In this document: in pieces, positions 1 to 8,094 of the stretch
Layout: each line of letters starts with the position of its first letter
Numbering within the stretch: the stretch's first letter is position 1
Source: Anaerolineae bacterium
GTDB taxonomy: Bacteria; Chloroflexota; Anaerolineae; Aggregatilineales; Phototrophicaceae
Direction of reading: 5' to 3'
Length of the DNA: 30,719 bases
Assembly: GCA_025454675.1 (NCBI GenBank)
Contig: JALONZ010000001.1
Span: 1-30,719, forward strand
Translations under genes and position numbers: made by a program
Notes under the pieces: model-generated
What the model saw: only the letters and a program-made list of their open reading frames with translations
Told to the model about the DNA's origin: nothing
The model's database searches: none

Positions 1-150
1 ATAAGCGAATGGTGTTAGGAATCCGATGAGAATGATACAAGCAAATAAAGTGACTGTGCTATACAACGCCAATTTTTTAAGCTGAACGGCATAAAATGGC
101 GATGTATTGACATAATTTTCAACAATGGATGTTTTGCTATAGGTGGTCAT
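1..150 (-). CDS. 5' part of second carbohydrate ABC transporter permease (MalG-like), runs off the window
   Basis: Manual translation from ATG at 150: MTTYSKTSIVENYVNTSPFYAVQLKKLALYSTVTLFACIILIGFLTPFAY. The ATG overlaps the upstream permease stop (TAATG), and a first TM helix is present. Not in the ORF track. Confidence 0.8.
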   Translation of the reverse strand, partial: MTTYSKTSIVENYVNTSPFYAVQLKKLALYSTVTLFACIILIGFLTPFAY

Positions 151-1106
151 TAGGCTTGTTCTCCGCTTCCATAATAAACCCAATACCGCGCAGTGGCGAA
201 TAAGAATAATGTGATTGCCAGTGCAATGACGAACATCAGCCACGCTAATGTTGAGCCATATCCCATATCTTGTTGGGCAAAGGCATTTTTATACAGGTGG
301 ATGTTATAGAATAATGTGGCGTTATTGGGGTCACCAGTACCTTCTTTGAGGATGTAGGGAACTTCAAAATAACGGAAAATGCCAATCACCGATATGATAA
401 GGTTATAAAACACAACGGGCGAAATCATGGGGAAGGTGATGCGTCTAAAGATGGTTAAGCCATTTGCGCCATCCACCCGTGCCGCTTCGTATAATTCAGT
501 AGGGACACCTTGCATACTGGCAAGCATGATGAGCATGGCATTTCCGACACCCCATACCCCAATAATATTTAATGCAGGGTAAATCAAGTTAATATCGAAT
601 AACCAATTGGGTTTACCCAGTCCTAAATCGAACAAAATTCGGTTTAGCCAACCCGAATCGGTATTCAAAACACCGCCCCAGATATAGGCAGACGATACAA
701 CTGGTACAATATAGGGCATGTAAAACAGGGTGCGAAAGATAGGTCTGCCGATGAGATATTTTGAATTGAGTAATGCCGCCAGCGCGATGGGGATGATAAT
801 CGAAAGGGGCAAGGCGATGAGGGCAAATTTGAATGTGGATGAAAGTGCAGGACCGAGTAATGGGTCTTGTAACAGGTATGCGTAATTTGCGAAATTGTTG
901 AATTTGATGTTATCAGGGTCTGTTAGCTTGAAATCCATGAAAGAAAATATAAGCGAGGCAATCATCGGCATAATGGTGAATCCCAATAATCCGATAATCC
1001 AAGGTGATAAGAACACCCATCCCCAAAGTTGTTGGCGGCGATATAATGAGAATGTTCTCTCTTTGACTTTCATTTGAGATGATGAACTAGACTTGGTAAT
1101 GTCCAT
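150..1106 (-). CDS. Carbohydrate ABC transporter permease (MalF/UgpA-type)
   Basis: About 6 TM segments; EAA loop 'LYEAARVDGANGLTIFRRITFPMISP'; 'GYGSTLAW'; RBS GAGGA upstream. Confidence 0.95.
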   Translation of the reverse strand: MDITKSSSSSQMKVKERTFSLYRRQQLWGWVFLSPWIIGLLGFTIMPMIASLIFSFMDFKLTDPDNIKFNNFANYAYLLQDPLLGPALSSTFKFALIALPLSIIIPIALAALLNSKYLIGRPIFRTLFYMPYIVPVVSSAYIWGGVLNTDSGWLNRILFDLGLGKPNWLFDINLIYPALNIIGVWGVGNAMLIMLASMQGVPTELYEAARVDGANGLTIFRRITFPMISPVVFYNLIISVIGIFRYFEVPYILKEGTGDPNNATLFYNIHLYKNAFAQQDMGYGSTLAWLMFVIALAITLFLFATARYWVYYGSGEQA

Positions 1107-1143
1107 AATATATTCCTCGAATTGGGTGGTAGGTGTGAGTGAT

Positions 1144-1172
1144 GAAGGGTAGGGTAGGTTGTCCTACCCTTC
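1144..1172. repeat. GC-rich inverted repeat (REP-like / mRNA-stabilising hairpin) between SBP and permease
   Basis: GAAGGGTAGG (1144-1153) / CCTACCCTTC (1163-1172), perfect 10-bp stem with 9-nt loop. No U-tract on the transcribed (-) strand. Confidence 0.75.
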
Positions 1173-1190
1173 GTTGATTTGATACAGAAA

Positions 1191-2582
1191 TTAGGCTTCT
1201 GGTTCTGCGGGTTCTTCTTTGAAGATGACATCTAAGTCGGCGACCAATTTTTCGAGTTCGGCGGCGACATCGAGGTCTGGTGTGCTTTCAATCAGGCTTT
1301 GGAATGCGCCGATGCGGTCTTTGGCTTTGAGGTAATTTGGCATGGCATATTCGTGGTTGGGGCTATCAGCATAAGCCAAGCTATCTTTTGCAACTTGCCA
1401 ATTTACGCCTTGTGTGAAGGTTTCATCGAGTTTTGCAAAGAAAGCATCAGTGTCTTCTTCACGGGCAGGCATACCACCATAGACCAACAACAGTTCGTCA
1501 GAGGCATCGCCCAAGAGGTAGGCTAAAACTTCAAATGCGGCTAATTGTTCTTCAAGGGGCATATCAGCAGATCTACGCATCAAACGGAAGCTATCACCAT
1601 GGAGTTTGGCAGTGGTGACACCATTGAAGGATGGCATAACTGCCAAATCCCATTCATTGCTAGTGCCGACACAGCAGGTATACCACAGGTGGGTGTGTGC
1701 CATTGCAACGCGACCAGACGAGAAGGCATTACCATTTGCCAACAAATCGCTACCAACTTGGGAAGCATTGGGGATGAATTTGTCTGTCCAGATACCGTTA
1801 TAGTACCAGGTGAAGGCATCAGTCCATGCTTGTGGCAACACTGCGCCACCATCTTCACCAACCAAAGAGGTTGCACCGAACATGGTAGAAATACCGCGTG
1901 GTTCGTTCCATTGTGAATTGAAGCCCCATTGTTCAACGGTAGTGGCATCAAATTCTGCCATTGTTGCGTCGTTACCATTGGCATCAACAGTCATGAACAT
2001 CGCAAGTTCGCGCAGGGTGTCCATGTTCCATTCTTTTTCTTCGCCGTTCACATCCACATAGGGGACACCATATTCTTGTGGGGGATAGGGTGCGCCTGCT
2101 TCGTCGAACAAGCTCTTATTGAAAAAGATGAATGATGGGAAGGTGGCGAATGGCAAACCGATTAAGCCTTGTCCTGGATAGCGGAAGGCTTCCACAGAGG
2201 CGGGGCTGAATTGAGAAACATCATAGCCACTGGCTTCGATGAGGGGTTCCAAATCGAGGTAATTGCCAGCGAAGGCGTTTGAACCATCAGCACCAACGGG
2301 TCCCACGATGTGGGGGGCTTGCCCAGTGGCGATGAGGGTAGCGAGGGTGTCATAAGCAACGTTGTTATCAACAATTTGGATTTGCAGTTCAATGCTGTCT
2401 TGCGAGGCATTGAAGGCTTCCACAACTGCGTTTTGGGCTTCAATTTGTTCTGGTTGACCACCAGCGCCCAAACCAACATACCAAATGACCACGGTACGGT
2501 CTTGTGCCATAGCGGGAATGATGCCAACTGCCAGCATCAAAACGGTAACAACGATGAATAAACGTGCCAATTTCTTAGACAT
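1191..2582 (-). CDS. Sugar ABC transporter substrate-binding protein (CUT1 family)
   Basis: Signal peptide ending AMA-Q; CUT1-like segments 'LDLEPLIEASGYD' and 'FFNKSLFDEAGAPYP'; directly upstream of permeases; RBS AGAGGAAAGG. Confidence 0.92.
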   Translation of the reverse strand: MSKKLARLFIVVTVLMLAVGIIPAMAQDRTVVIWYVGLGAGGQPEQIEAQNAVVEAFNASQDSIELQIQIVDNNVAYDTLATLIATGQAPHIVGPVGADGSNAFAGNYLDLEPLIEASGYDVSQFSPASVEAFRYPGQGLIGLPFATFPSFIFFNKSLFDEAGAPYPPQEYGVPYVDVNGEEKEWNMDTLRELAMFMTVDANGNDATMAEFDATTVEQWGFNSQWNEPRGISTMFGATSLVGEDGGAVLPQAWTDAFTWYYNGIWTDKFIPNASQVGSDLLANGNAFSSGRVAMAHTHLWYTCCVGTSNEWDLAVMPSFNGVTTAKLHGDSFRLMRRSADMPLEEQLAAFEVLAYLLGDASDELLLVYGGMPAREEDTDAFFAKLDETFTQGVNWQVAKDSLAYADSPNHEYAMPNYLKAKDRIGAFQSLIESTPDLDVAAELEKLVADLDVIFKEEPAEPEA

Positions 2583-2699
2583 AGTACCTTTCCTCTCTTC
2601 AAAGAGATAAGTAATTTGTTAACGGACTCACATTTTTTGGTGTTTGGCGGTATCATATATAGTTAGCAATTGAGTGTAGGTAAGCCTCCTTTTGCAAGT

Positions 2700-3761
2700 T
2701 TAGAAGCGTTGGGTGATGGAAGCACCGCACGTTTCACGGATAACTAAATGGGTTGGTAACAGCACATGGCGGGCACCATCGCTGATTCCCTCAATCTGGT
2801 CGAGCAACAAGTGAGTTACCTGCGCTCCTTTGGTGTGGATGGGCTGATGAATGGTGGTCAGTTTATTCCGTGCCGATGCGGGCAAATCATCAAAGCCAGC
2901 GATGGCAATATCACCCGGTACACGCACTCCCAATTCATCTAATACGCTCAAAGCCCCAATTGCCATTTGGTCGTTGGCACAAAATACAGCGTCCACATGC
3001 GCTTTTAACAAGGTTTGCATCCCTGCATACCCCGATTTGCTCTCGAAGTTACCTTCTACAACAAATTCAGGATTAAAAGGAACGCCTAATTCGCGTAAGG
3101 CTTGCTTATACCCCTCTAAGCGTCGAATACCATCAACATTATTCAGCGCCCCAGTAATATGCCCAATTCTGCGTCGTCCTTGTTTATAAAGATGTTTGGT
3201 GACGAGCATTGCCGCGCCATGATTATCTACATCCGCAAAATTGATGCGGTCTGCCCATTGATTGGGATGTTCGACCATTGCTAGTGGGATGTCCATCTCC
3301 AATAGGCGCGGGATGAATGGGTTATCTTGTTGTGTGGATGCCAGTAAAACACCGTCCATGAGGTGATTTTTAAGGATTCGCTCATAAAAATGTTCTTCAT
3401 CGGTACTTGATTCTTGAATCCACAACAACATCGCATAATTACGTTGATTTGCCGCTTGCGCGACACCGTTTAGTAGGGTAGGAAAGTAAAATTGGTCATC
3501 GAAAACGGTTGCTAAACTTTGCGGAATAACCACACCAATGATATTGGTGCGCCCTGTTGCCAAAATACGCCCACGAATGTTTGGGGTATATCCCATTTTT
3601 TCGATAACACCTTGCACATGTTGGCGGGTTTTTTCGCTGACATAAGCCTCATTATTGATGACCCGCGAGACAGTTGCCCTAGAAACGCCTGCTTCTTTGG
3701 CGATGTCTTCTAAATTTAGGTCTTTTGCCTTATGGTTAGCGTTTGACTTTAGCTTAGACAT
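2700..3761 (-). CDS. LacI-family transcriptional regulator
   Basis: HTH 'LEDIAKEAGVSRATVSRVIN', hinge 'YTPN', C-terminal 'IAIAGFDD...LTTIHQP'. ATG at 3761 preferred over TTG at 3776. Confidence 0.95.
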   Translation of the reverse strand: MSKLKSNANHKAKDLNLEDIAKEAGVSRATVSRVINNEAYVSEKTRQHVQGVIEKMGYTPNIRGRILATGRTNIIGVVIPQSLATVFDDQFYFPTLLNGVAQAANQRNYAMLLWIQESSTDEEHFYERILKNHLMDGVLLASTQQDNPFIPRLLEMDIPLAMVEHPNQWADRINFADVDNHGAAMLVTKHLYKQGRRRIGHITGALNNVDGIRRLEGYKQALRELGVPFNPEFVVEGNFESKSGYAGMQTLLKAHVDAVFCANDQMAIGALSVLDELGVRVPGDIAIAGFDDLPASARNKLTTIHQPIHTKGAQVTHLLLDQIEGISDGARHVLLPTHLVIRETCGASITQRF

Positions 3762-3797
3762 AAAAACTTTCTTCAATAAGCAATTTTTACTTTTTTA

Positions 3798-3824
3798 TGA
3801 GAACGCTCTCTGAGAACGCTCTCA
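3798..3824. promoter_or_regulatory. Two tandem LacI-type operators
   Basis: TGAGAACGCTCTC (3798-3810) directly followed by TGAGAACGCTCTCA (3811-3824). Near-palindromes with a central CG, typical of LacI-family sites, placed at the predicted TSS of the lacI operon. Confidence 0.75.
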
Positions 3825-3830
3825 GAACAT

Positions 3831-3859
3831 ATATTAACGCAACCTTAGAATGTTGTCAA
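3831..3859 (-). promoter_or_regulatory. Sigma70-type promoter of the lacI-SBP-permease operon
   Basis: -35 TTGACA (3859-3854), 17-nt spacer, -10 TAATAT (3836-3831). Confidence 0.75.
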
Positions 3860-3904
3860 GGAATTGGTCATCAGAATTTAATGTGTTTTGGGGATTAATT
3901 TGAA

Positions 3905-3918
3905 GAAAAGCGTTTCCA
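3905..3918. promoter_or_regulatory. Possible auxiliary LacI-type operator
   Basis: GAAAAGCGTTTCCA (minus strand TGGAAACGCTTTTC), CG-centred and resembling the TGNAANCGNTTNCA class. Confidence 0.4.
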
Positions 3919-3941
3919 TTTGAGGATTTTGTTAAGAAGGA

Positions 3942-4012
3942 CTGGGAGACCTGGATTCGAACCAAGATCAATGGAGTCAGAGTCCATAGTTTTGCCCTTA
4001 AACTATCTCCCA
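3942..4012 (-). tRNA. tRNA-Gln(CTG), 71 nt, CCA not encoded
   Basis: Cloverleaf folded by hand: acceptor TGGGAGA/TCTCCCA+G, D-arm GTTT/AAAC, anticodon stem ATGGA/TCCAT with loop CT-CTG-AC, T-arm CTTGG-TTCGAAT-CCAGG. U1-A72 pair. Confidence 0.95.
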
Positions 4013-4025
4013 ATAAAGTGATTCT

Positions 4026-4034
4026 AGTGTAGCA
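4026..4034 (-). promoter_or_regulatory. Possible extended -10 promoter for tRNA-Gln
   Basis: TGC-TACACT on the minus strand, 13 nt upstream of the mature 5' end. No clear -35. Confidence 0.4.
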
Positions 4035-4075
4035 GAAATTGTGTTTTGCGAGAAGATGTAAACCATAGGGGATGG

Positions 4076-4127
4076 GTGTAACTTGTGGCTGACATACAAG
4101 CCTAAAGACTCTAGTCAGCCATTACAC
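4076..4127. repeat. Dispersed hairpin repeat, copy A
   Basis: CTTGTGGCTGACATACA...TAGTCAGCCATTACAC. Stem TGGCTGAC/GTCAGCCA, extendable by GTGTAA/TTACAC. Both arms match copy B at 29037-29075. Confidence 0.8.
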
Positions 4128-4142
4128 GCACCAATATTAAAA

Positions 4143-5636
4143 TTACTTGAGTAAATCCACTGCAATTTGAATTCGCTTGAGCGATTCATCTTTGCCCAAA
4201 ATTTCCATCGTTTCAAATGTGGGCGTTGAGATAGATTGACCTGTTACCGCCACACGCAACACACCGAATACTTGGCTATTGTTCAATCCCAAGTCGCTCA
4301 CCAGACCCGCGCCAATCGTCAATAAGGGTGTTGTGAGAAATTCGGTTTCTGACACAACAGAATAACGTGCATGGGATGCTTCCAATAATTTGCGCGTGCC
4401 ATCTTTATCCATTTTTTTGGGGATGAGCATTTCGGCAGTAGGTGGTTTGAATGTCTCATGGAAGAAAAACCCCGCCAAATCGACAATATCATTCAGGCTT
4501 TTGATGCGTTCCCGTATTAACGGCATGATTTTGAGTAGACGGTCAACATTGACCTCTAAACCTGCATTTTCTAATATGGGACGTAACCGCTTGGCGAGTT
4601 CTTCTGATGACAGTTTTTCGCGGATATAGACACCATTCATCCAATCCAATTTTTCAATGGGGAAGGCGCTATTGGCGGGATTGACGGCGCTAATATCGAA
4701 ACGCGCAATGGCTTCTTGAATGTCAAAAATTTCACGCTCATCGCCAAAGTTCCAACCGATATTGGTCAAAAAGTTGACTACTGCTTCGGGCAAATACCCT
4801 GCGTCCTTAAATTCTTTGGCGAGGACTAAGACTTTTTTGCCATCTTCGCTGAATCCAGAATGGCGTTTGCTCAATTTGCCTTTGCCATTGGGATTGAGCA
4901 ACACGGGTAAATGGGCATAATAGGGTTTTTCCCAACCAAACGCTTCCCACAATAACAAATGCAGAGGGAGCGAGGGTAGCCATTCATTGGCACGGGTGAC
5001 ATGACTAATTTCCATGAAATGGTCATCAATCACATGCGCCAAATGATAAGTAGGGTAGCCGTCACTTTTGAGCAAGACTGCATCCTGTAGGGTATTGTTA
5101 TCGAACACGACTTCGCCACGAATCAAATCCTGCCCAGTGGTTTGCCCCTCTAACGGCACTTTGAGGCGGATGACATGCGGTTTGCCTTCTGCCAAATTTT
5201 TTTCGATTTCGGCTTGTGACAAATTCCGACAAAAACGGTCATATCCGGGTGGTTCTTTGCGGGCTTCTTTTTCTTTATTCACTTGGTCTAGGCGTTCTGG
5301 TGTGCAGAAACAGCGATAGGCTTTATCGTTATCTATAAGCCATTGCGCCCATTTTTGATAGAGGGGCAAGCGTTCCGATTGGATATAGGGTCCGTAACCG
5401 CCGTCTTTACCGGGTCCTTCATCATAATCAATGCCGAGCCATGATAGGGCATCGGTGATGAGGTCAATTGACCCCTCGACAAAGCGTTTTTGGTCGGTGT
5501 CTTCGATACGCAAAATGAATTTTCCGCCATGATGACGGGCAAGCAACCAGCTAAATAGGGCAGAGCGTACACCGCCAATATGAAGCGGTCCGGTTGGGCT
5601 GGGTGCGAAACGAGTCCGCACAATTTTGTCGGTCAA
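4143..5636 (-). CDS. gltX: Glutamate--tRNA ligase
   Basis: 'RTRFAPSPTGPLHIGG' (HIGH), 'LRIEDTD', 'YRCFC', 'KLSKR' (KMSKS). TTG start with RBS AGGAGA. Confidence 0.97.
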   Translation of the reverse strand: MTDKIVRTRFAPSPTGPLHIGGVRSALFSWLLARHHGGKFILRIEDTDQKRFVEGSIDLITDALSWLGIDYDEGPGKDGGYGPYIQSERLPLYQKWAQWLIDNDKAYRCFCTPERLDQVNKEKEARKEPPGYDRFCRNLSQAEIEKNLAEGKPHVIRLKVPLEGQTTGQDLIRGEVVFDNNTLQDAVLLKSDGYPTYHLAHVIDDHFMEISHVTRANEWLPSLPLHLLLWEAFGWEKPYYAHLPVLLNPNGKGKLSKRHSGFSEDGKKVLVLAKEFKDAGYLPEAVVNFLTNIGWNFGDEREIFDIQEAIARFDISAVNPANSAFPIEKLDWMNGVYIREKLSSEELAKRLRPILENAGLEVNVDRLLKIMPLIRERIKSLNDIVDLAGFFFHETFKPPTAEMLIPKKMDKDGTRKLLEASHARYSVVSETEFLTTPLLTIGAGLVSDLGLNNSQVFGVLRVAVTGQSISTPTFETMEILGKDESLKRIQIAVDLLK

Positions 5637-5666
5637 AATAAGTCTCCTGTGTGAATAAAAACAAAT

Positions 5667-6773
5667 TTATGCAAATCGCTTACGGCGCACAACCACACTT
5701 TGAACAAAACCAATACCGATGAGGATGGACATGAGTGATGTCCCGCCCGAACTGACGAGAGGCAAGGTTAACCCTGTGACGGGTAAAACGCCCACATTCA
5801 TCCCGATAGCAGTCACACACTGGAAGAAGATGATGGCGGCGATGCCATAACAAATCATACTGCCGAGTGGGTCGGCGGCGAGGCGGGCGGCGCGTAAAAT
5901 TCGCCAAATGACCACACCTAAAATAAAAATGACGGTTGACCCACCGACTAAGCCAAATTCTTCTGCGATGACACAAAAAATAAAATCGGTATGACGCACA
6001 CGCAAAAAGCGATATTGTGTTTGTGTGCCATTGCCATAACCTTTGCCAAAGAGTCCACCAGACCCAATAGCAATGGCGGCTTGACGGATATTATACCGCG
6101 AACCGAAACGTTCTTCACCAGTGTCTGGGGTGATGAAGTTGGTAATCCGCTCACGCTGATATTCTGCCATATTTGACCATAGAATGGGGAAGCCCATCAC
6201 TGCGATGAGTAAGCCCATTGCAATATGCTTAATTCGCAAGCCTGCCGCCCACACAAGGGTGAACCATAACACAGCAAACACGATAACCGTCCCCAAATCG
6301 GGTTGGACAAAGATGAGGGCAATTGGGACGGCTACATGAATTAATGAGCCAATGACCGTTTTAATATCATCCATCTTATGATAGCGACTGGCGAGGTGAT
6401 AACCGAGTGTGATGATAATCAACAACTTGGCAATTTCGGCGGGTTGGATGAGGACACCCACATTGAGCCAACTCCGCGCCCCACCATCACCCTCTTGTCC
6501 AAATACCAATACCGCGGCAAGGATGCCCACCATAAATAAATAGAGCCATTGGTGAATGCTTCCGAGTAGGCGATAGTCAAGCATTGTCACCAGTAATAAC
6601 AAAATTGTGCCGATGATGGCGAATTGAATTTGACTGGGGACACGACTCACCAAGTCTGGGTCTACTGCGCCGTTGGTGGCGCTCCGAATCATGATAATGC
6701 CAAAAACGACTAAGATGAGGGTTGCGATGAGCAATACATAATCAAATTGTCGCCAAATATTTCCTGTACGCAT
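5667..6773 (-). CDS. rodA: Rod shape-determining protein RodA (SEDS family)
   Basis: 'GARSWL...IQPAEIAK', 'QPDLGT', 'HTDFIF', 'LPLVSSGGTS'; lies in the mre/pbp2 cluster. ATG at 6773 preferred over the track start at 6800. Confidence 0.93.
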   Translation of the reverse strand: MRTGNIWRQFDYVLLIATLILVVFGIIMIRSATNGAVDPDLVSRVPSQIQFAIIGTILLLLVTMLDYRLLGSIHQWLYLFMVGILAAVLVFGQEGDGGARSWLNVGVLIQPAEIAKLLIIITLGYHLASRYHKMDDIKTVIGSLIHVAVPIALIFVQPDLGTVIVFAVLWFTLVWAAGLRIKHIAMGLLIAVMGFPILWSNMAEYQRERITNFITPDTGEERFGSRYNIRQAAIAIGSGGLFGKGYGNGTQTQYRFLRVRHTDFIFCVIAEEFGLVGGSTVIFILGVVIWRILRAARLAADPLGSMICYGIAAIIFFQCVTAIGMNVGVLPVTGLTLPLVSSGGTSLMSILIGIGFVQSVVVRRKRFA

Positions 6774-6811
6774 AACCAATCCATCACATCTCACTATCAA
6801 TACATCAGGCT

Positions 6812-6839
6812 ATTATAATTTATGCCCCTGAGATGTGAA
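6812..6839 (-). promoter_or_regulatory. Internal sigma70-type promoter upstream of rodA
   Basis: -35 TTCACA (6839-6834), 16-nt spacer, -10 TATAAT (6817-6812), in the minE-rodA gap. Confidence 0.55.
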
Positions 6840-6858
6840 GGGTTATGCCGATATGCCG

Positions 6859-7200
6859 TCAGGTAGTCGGTGGGTTATCCGATGGCTTGATTTGATTTTT
6901 CGGGTCATCCTCTTCATCGGCTTTATCAATACCTTCCACACTTTGAAAAAACGGAATTTCGGCGATGAGCATGTTGTGATTGCGGTCTCCGCGTTGGGTG
7001 AGGGCAATTTCGACACTATCCGTAGCGATAGACACATATTTAGAAATGACTGCCAAAATTTCGGCTTTCATCTCCTCTAATTTTTCGGGTGTCATGTTGA
7101 TTCGGTCATGCACCAAAATCAATTGAAGGCGTTCTTTGGCTTTTTGGGCGCTGGATTGGTCTTTATTGCGCCCACGCATTCTATCAAATAATCCAGACAT
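6859..7200 (-). CDS. minE: Cell division topological specificity factor MinE
   Basis: 'SAQKAKERLQLILVHDR', 'EILAVISKYV', 'LIAEIP'; follows minD; acidic C-terminal extension. Confidence 0.93.
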   Translation of the reverse strand: MSGLFDRMRGRNKDQSSAQKAKERLQLILVHDRINMTPEKLEEMKAEILAVISKYVSIATDSVEIALTQRGDRNHNMLIAEIPFFQSVEGIDKADEEDDPKNQIKPSDNPPTT

Positions 7201-7205
7201 AGCCG

Positions 7206-8069
7206 TTAACCTTTCGGCTCTCGTGGGGATTGTCCACCGGTCAAAAATTTATTCAAGCGTTGGAATAAGCCCCCCGATGCTTCGAGAGACATAAACGGCA
7301 CATCTTCACCGCTTAAACGGCGCGAGATATTCATATAGGCTTTGCCAGCGCGGGATTGTTCATTTAAGACGACTGGCACACCCGTATTTGAGGCAGGGAT
7401 GACCATTTCATCTTCGGGGATGATACCGATAATTTTGATGCCCAAAACATCGTTCACATCTGCCACCGACATCATTTCACCACGCCGAATCATATCCATT
7501 CTGACGCGATTGAGGATTAGATTAACTGGGATTTTCGTCCCAGCAGGGCGGGGAAGGCTATTATCGCCCAATTGCTTAATGCTGGCTTCGACCAAACCGA
7601 TGACTCTATCGGCATCGCGCACGGCAGATACTTCGGCATTGGTGACGACCACCACAATATCGGCGGCGGCGATTGCATTGCGAAAACCGCGTTCAATGCC
7701 TGCGGGGGAATCTATGAGGATGAAATCAAATTCTTCGCGCAGGGTGTTGGTAATTTGAATCATATTAGCTGGGCTGACCGCCGTTTTATCGCGTTTTTGG
7801 GCGGCGGGGATGAGGTATAAATCGGGGAACTGTTTGTGTTTAATCATGGCTTGGCGCAATTTGCAATTTCCCTCGACAATATCAACCAAGTCATAAACAA
7901 CACGACTTTCTAAGCCGAGAATAATATCTAAATTGCGTAGCCCAATATCGGTATCAATGACCACCACTTTTTTGCCCAATTTGGCGAGTCCAAGCCCCAA
8001 ATTGGCGGTTGTGGTGGTTTTTCCAACACCTCCTTTACCAGAAGTGATGGTGATGACTGTTGCCCCCAT
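7206..8069 (-). CDS. minD: Septum site-determining ATPase MinD
   Basis: Deviant Walker A 'SGKGGVGKTT', 'DTDIGLRNLD', 'DSPAGIERGF', C-terminal amphipathic 'LFQRLNKFL'. Confidence 0.97.
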   Translation of the reverse strand: MGATVITITSGKGGVGKTTTTANLGLGLAKLGKKVVVIDTDIGLRNLDIILGLESRVVYDLVDIVEGNCKLRQAMIKHKQFPDLYLIPAAQKRDKTAVSPANMIQITNTLREEFDFILIDSPAGIERGFRNAIAAADIVVVVTNAEVSAVRDADRVIGLVEASIKQLGDNSLPRPAGTKIPVNLILNRVRMDMIRRGEMMSVADVNDVLGIKIIGIIPEDEMVIPASNTGVPVVLNEQSRAGKAYMNISRRLSGEDVPFMSLEASGGLFQRLNKFLTGGQSPREPKG

Positions 8070-8094
8070 AAAAATTAATCCTTTCTGATGGCAT

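Noticed and set aside
2685-2692. Strong SD (AAGGAGG, minus strand) just after the lacI stop, suggesting a small ORF
   Set aside because: No start codon at usable spacing.
3942-4012. tRNA as integration site of an island or prophage
   Set aside because: No integrase, no duplicated tRNA 3' end noticed, and no obvious compositional shift.
7520-7590. MinD loop insertion 'SIKQLGDNSLPRPAGTKIP'
   Set aside because: This loop varies in length among MinD proteins, and E. coli has a similar extension.
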